Part shown: positions 28,383-32,000 of the stretch, in pieces
Layout: the number at the start of each line of letters is the position of its first letter
Numbering within the stretch: position 1 is the first letter of the stretch
Source of the DNA: Psychrobacter cryohalolentis K5
GTDB taxonomy: Bacteria; Pseudomonadota; Gammaproteobacteria; Pseudomonadales; Moraxellaceae
DNA: 32,000 nucleotides
Assembly (NCBI RefSeq): GCF_000013905.1
Contig: NC_007969.1
Span: 2,400,001-2,432,000 of the forward strand
Direction of reading: 5' to 3'
Translations under genes and position numbers: made by a program
The notes under the pieces: model-generated
Seen by the model: only the letters and a program-made list of their open reading frames with translations
The model's database searches: none
What the model was told of the DNA's origin: nothing

Positions 28383-29021
28383 TTAACTGACTGGTTTTTC
28401 TAATTCTAATAATTCCAAATCCTGACGCTTTGGCTCGCCATTATTACCATCATTTGGAAACGGCATTTTATTGCCATTTAGCTGATAACCACGGCGCTGA
28501 TAATAAGACAATAGCTCGGGACGATGGCTTAAAATAGACATGGTCAAACGAGCAGGTTTTTTATCAGAAGCTTGCTCATCTGGTTGTAGATGACGACCTG
28601 CAAATGTCTCGGCTGCTTGCAAAACCACGTTGCCAACGCCCTGTCCTTGTAACTCAGGATGGACGGCAAACATGCCGATATAGGCTTTTTTATCACCAGC
28701 AGCATTAACTTGCATATCTACTCCGATACAGCCTAATAGCTCACCTGTTTCTTCTCCATCACGCTCACCTGTTATGGTTTTTGGATAAACGAAAAGATAA
28801 TGTTTTGGATTGGCGATGGTACTAGCCAGCTCATCTTGAGTGATACGAATACCACCGATTAAGTCTGCTTCATTGGTCCAGCCTTCTGTCTGCCGATAAC
28901 AGCGATTCAATAGCTGCTCAAGTGCGTCGATATCACTAGCTTCTGCTTGGCGTAAGAAAACAGTTTCTTTATTGGCATTGTCGTTATTAATATTGTCGTT
29001 GTTAGTCTGGGCTTCATTCAT
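28383..29021 (-). CDS. GNAT-family N-acetyltransferase
   Basis: Acetyl-CoA binding motif A region IGMFAVHPELQGQGVGNVVLQAAE (Q/RxxGxG). The N-terminus is Asn/Asp-rich and low-complexity. Confidence 0.85.
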   Translation of the reverse strand: MNEAQTNNDNINNDNANKETVFLRQAEASDIDALEQLLNRCYRQTEGWTNEADLIGGIRITQDELASTIANPKHYLFVYPKTITGERDGEETGELLGCIGVDMQVNAAGDKKAYIGMFAVHPELQGQGVGNVVLQAAETFAGRHLQPDEQASDKKPARLTMSILSHRPELLSYYQRRGYQLNGNKMPFPNDGNNGEPKRQDLELLELEKPVS

Positions 29022-29076
29022 ATTATTTTGTCCTTTTATTATCCGTATGTTCAGTTCATTACAAAAAGCTCATAAA

Positions 29077-29146
29077 GAGGCAGATAGAAATTTTTGCCGC
29101 CTCTGTCGGCGGAGGCACAGCACACAAGAAAATTTCTATCTGCCTC
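29077..29146. repeat. 18-bp perfect inverted repeat enclosing a GC-rich inner hairpin; possibly the terminator of the Rieske-FAD gene
   Basis: GAGGCAGATAGAAATTTT (29077-29094) and AAAATTTCTATCTGCCTC (29129-29146) are separated by 34 nt. The spacer contains CCGCC-TCTGTC-GGCGG, with alternative pairing GCCTC...GAGGC. Confidence 0.6.
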
Positions 29147-29254
29147 ATGTATTGATAAAATACGTGAGATCTTTATGTGGTATCTATCCTAGATTAAAAA
29201 GCCGACCTAAATAAATAGCTCAGCTTTAATAGTAATATTTATCCGTTTTCATTA

Positions 29255-30895
29255 CTAGCGCGATAACGCCTGCGCTTGCTCGATGATATCAAACCCTGCG
29301 TTAATCTGTGCCCGTGTTGGCGCATGACCTTGGCGTAATAACTCAGAGAATGCCACCAGCTCTTTATCACGTCCAAGCGAGCTTGATGCACTGGCACACG
29401 TGTTTTCACCCTCGTTATCGAAGTAGTATTCTATATAGTTAAAACTATCTGGCGAACCCATTAGAATGCCATGATCTGGCGTCGCCGCATGTCCACTATA
29501 ACGCAAACTTTTGCCATATTGCATCGTCCAAAAGAAAGGAATGCGCTCCTGAAGCGATTTGACGTTATCGTCATTTAAGATAGCAGCAGCCGTCACCATG
29601 CCATGTTGCAATGCAACCCGCCAGTGCTCAATACGCATACGCCCCAGTTGATTGGGCGCTTTGGCAATATCCCCCAACGCATAGACACCATCGCGCAGTT
29701 GTAAATGCTCATCGACTTTTACGCCATCTGGATGATTTGTATCCTGTAATAACTCGATACGCGGTGCGACACCTGTTCCTAAAATGACGATATCAGCATC
29801 GATTTGCTCACCATTGGCTAATTTGACGCCAGACACTTGTGAGAAATTCTCTTCGCCATTATCAGTAGTATTTTCAGCTGCAATGATTTCAGCGACGCTG
29901 GCATCAAACACGAACTCAACACCATTTTCTTTATGCAATGTAATCAACGCATTACTGACCGTTTCTGAGACGATATTGCCCATCACGCGATGGTCTTGAC
30001 CGATAACAGTGATAGAAGCAGTAGTACCCGATTGCGCCAATGCTGACGCAACTTCCATACCGATAAAGCCCGTACCGACGATGACTACGCGCTGATCATG
30101 ACTGGCGGCTTTGATTAATTTGGCATCATCCATACTACGCAAGGTATAGACACCATCAAGAGTTGCCCCTTTAATAGGTGGAATCTTGGGCTCAGCACCG
30201 GTTGCCACAACTAAAAATTCCGCTGTTAGCTTGTTGCTATCACCCTTTTCATCTGTTATCACGATACTACGCTCATTGAGCAACACTTCACTGACCGTTT
30301 GGTTTAAGCGCAGTTCAATATCGTGTTTGCTTGCCCAATCTGTACCGCCCAGTAATAGCTTTTCTTCTGGCATATTACCGGCCAAAAAAGCCTTGGATAA
30401 TAAAGGACGATTATAAGGGGCTTTGTCCTCGGCACTCACCAAGGTAATCTTGCCGCCGTAGCCAGTATTGCGCAGCTGATGGGCAGTCATAAACCCTGCT
30501 CCACCGCCGCCAACGATAATAGTATGAGTATCAGTCAGCTTATCATTTTCAACCTGCTTATCTATCTTGGCTGAGGTATCAACCGTTAGGCTGTCGCCAT
30601 TATCTATGATTTGATATTGAGTCAAGCCTGTTGTCGCGATTGGCTCCAGTAATGCGCCGTCGCTGCTATCAAAAGCTGCATGATGCCAAGGACAAATAAC
30701 GCGATTACCACAACGCAAACCTGTACCCAAATCTGCTCCAGCATGCGGACATTTGCCATCAAAAGCACGAAACGTGCTGTCGTCACGGGTAATTAAAATG
30801 ATACCATCATCATCTTGCTTGTACGATTTCATACCGCCGCTGATAATGTCGGCTTTGTTTATAGTGACTGTATTTATAGTAGCTGCCTTACTCAT
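29255..30895 (-). CDS. Rieske [2Fe-2S] domain fused to an FAD/NAD(P)-dependent pyridine nucleotide-disulfide oxidoreductase (ferredoxin-reductase/AIF-like)
   Basis: Rieske ligands CPHAG...CPWHHAAF in the first ~100 aa. FAD-binding IIVGGGGAGFMTA, NAD-binding VVIVGTGFIGMEVA, and the second FAD motif YALGDIA follow. 546 aa. Confidence 0.9.
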   Translation of the reverse strand: MSKAATINTVTINKADIISGGMKSYKQDDDGIILITRDDSTFRAFDGKCPHAGADLGTGLRCGNRVICPWHHAAFDSSDGALLEPIATTGLTQYQIIDNGDSLTVDTSAKIDKQVENDKLTDTHTIIVGGGGAGFMTAHQLRNTGYGGKITLVSAEDKAPYNRPLLSKAFLAGNMPEEKLLLGGTDWASKHDIELRLNQTVSEVLLNERSIVITDEKGDSNKLTAEFLVVATGAEPKIPPIKGATLDGVYTLRSMDDAKLIKAASHDQRVVIVGTGFIGMEVASALAQSGTTASITVIGQDHRVMGNIVSETVSNALITLHKENGVEFVFDASVAEIIAAENTTDNGEENFSQVSGVKLANGEQIDADIVILGTGVAPRIELLQDTNHPDGVKVDEHLQLRDGVYALGDIAKAPNQLGRMRIEHWRVALQHGMVTAAAILNDDNVKSLQERIPFFWTMQYGKSLRYSGHAATPDHGILMGSPDSFNYIEYYFDNEGENTCASASSSLGRDKELVAFSELLRQGHAPTRAQINAGFDIIEQAQALSR

Positions 30896-31066
30896 AAGTC
30901 ATCCTTAACGGTTATAATGGTTCCTGTTTAAAGCGTGTCGAGACTTATCGATAGTAGCAAGCCTCCTTCACTTATGCTGTTCTTTTGTATATTGACCACG
31001 TTGCAAAACGTAATGACTGCTTTTTTAATCCCTATTAATGTTCTATAAAACGTAAAAGACTATCTT

Positions 31067-32000
31067 ATGACTGTTCAAGACCATGATATTACCGCTGCTA
31101 CTGATACTGCCAATTTACCGCAGCCGATACAGCCGCTGTTAAAGCATGCTACTTACAAGGCTCATACCACGGATTTTATTGTTAACGAGTTGCTACCATT
31201 AGAGTTCACCGGTGAGGGTGAGCATCTCTGGCTACATATCCAAAAGTCAGGGATGAACACGGCGTATCTTGCCAAATTATTGTCCGAATGGGCGGATATT
31301 CCTTTACGTGATGTCGGCTTCTCAGGACTGAAAGACCGTCATGCGCTAACAACGCAGTGGTTTAGCTTGCGCATACCAAAGAAGCAATTACCAGACTCTG
31401 AGTTTGCGCCCGTAGATATCGGTGCTAATGAGTCAATCACTATCCTTGAGCAGCAATGGCACAATAAAAAGCTCAATCGTGGCACGCACCGCGCCAATCA
31501 ATTTATTATTACCTTGCGTGATATTGAATTTGTAGGCTTTGATACACCATCACCATCATCTGAACAGCTCTTGTCTGTTAAGCAAGCCGTCGAGCAGCAC
31601 TTAGTGATTATTGGTCAAAGTGGCGTGCCCAATTATTTTGGGCCGCAGCGCTTTGGTCGCAGTGGCAACAATATTAGAGAAGCATTGTCGTTGTTTGCGC
31701 GTCCTGTACCTGAGGCCCGTCCGCCGTCTAATAAAGGCAAACGTAAACGCGTGCCACGTGAGCAAAACACCATGGAGCTGTCGGCGGCACGCAGTTTGAT
31801 ATTTAATGAGATATTGGCAGCACGTGTCCGTGATGGCAGCTGGAACCACGGACTTGCAGGTGAAGTATTTAATCTAGATGGCTCAGGCTCGATATTTGCA
31901 AGCGACGAGATAGACGATACCTTACGAGCCCGTCTTGAATCAGGCGATATCCATCCGACCGCCGTGCTGTGGGGCACAGGTAATGAGAAGGTCAGCGGCA
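31067..32000 (+). CDS. truD: tRNA pseudouridine(13) synthase TruD, N-terminal ~311 aa (runs off the right edge)
   Basis: Open-ended ORF, absent from the track, from ATG 31067. It reads MTVQDHDI...FIVNELLPLEFTGEGEHLWLHIQKSGMNT...GFSGLKDRHALTTQWFSL...GVPNYFGPQRFGR. The catalytic Asp lies in GLKDRHA and the PNYFGxQRFG signature is present. Confidence 0.9.
   Translation, partial: MTVQDHDITAATDTANLPQPIQPLLKHATYKAHTTDFIVNELLPLEFTGEGEHLWLHIQKSGMNTAYLAKLLSEWADIPLRDVGFSGLKDRHALTTQWFSLRIPKKQLPDSEFAPVDIGANESITILEQQWHNKKLNRGTHRANQFIITLRDIEFVGFDTPSPSSEQLLSVKQAVEQHLVIIGQSGVPNYFGPQRFGRSGNNIREALSLFARPVPEARPPSNKGKRKRVPREQNTMELSAARSLIFNEILAARVRDGSWNHGLAGEVFNLDGSGSIFASDEIDDTLRARLESGDIHPTAVLWGTGNEKVSG

Noticed and set aside
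28972-29214. 80-aa plus-strand ORF spanning the GNAT start and the 29077-29146 inverted repeat.
   Set aside because: It overlaps the GNAT N-terminus in antisense and reads straight through a palindromic element. The product is Cys/Arg/Leu-rich with an odd composition, and there is no RBS. It is most likely spurious.
28383-29254. The possibility that the GNAT is the toxin of a GNAT/RHH-type toxin-antitoxin pair.
   Set aside because: No small antitoxin-sized ORF is adjacent on the same strand. At 212 aa with a low-complexity N-terminus, the protein does not resemble the compact TacT/AtaT-type toxins.
31601-31977. 82-, 62- and 114-aa ORFs overlapping the right end of the window.
   Set aside because: They lie antisense to or out of frame with an ORF carrying clear TruD signatures (GLKDRHA, PNYFGPQRFG). 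The Arg/Cys-rich products are typical of the wrong frame.

Overview
This 32 kb window looks like core chromosome of a Moraxellaceae gammaproteobacterium. My guess is Psychrobacter or a close relative. The guess rests on A+T-leaning codon usage, an hns-gspN-gspC-gspD arrangement I remember from Acinetobacter, and GTAGG-type REPs; it is unverified. Coding density is high and almost every large ORF has a recognisable housekeeping identity. From left to right: MoxR-like ATPase (partial), c-type cytochrome, FimX-like REC-PAS-GGDEF-EAL protein, a 570-aa unknown, epmB/efp, a GAF hybrid histidine kinase, tcdA, a TatD-family hydrolase, gspD-gspC-gspN, an H-NS-like protein, ssb, an MFS transporter, uvrA, a DUF503 protein, a YjjP/YjjB-type exporter pair, gor, a lipoprotein, a GNAT acetyltransferase, a Rieske-FAD oxidoreductase and truD (partial). 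The only clearly accessory-looking stretch is about 22.37-24.36 kb. It holds an orphan zinc-ribbon membrane protein, then a REP cluster and a RAYT transposase gene bracketed by a perfect 30-bp inverted REP pair. I found no rRNA, tRNA, CRISPR array, prophage, classical IS, or recognisable defence or toxin-antitoxin module. I do not see a convincing new multi-gene system here. The best leads are: (i) the 570-aa unknown gene paired with the FimX-like degenerate c-di-GMP protein; (ii) the orphan zinc-ribbon gene plus REPtron islet; (iii) the Rieske-FAD fusion and the nested inverted repeat downstream of it. All coordinates of non-ORF features were counted by eye and may be off by 1-2 nt.
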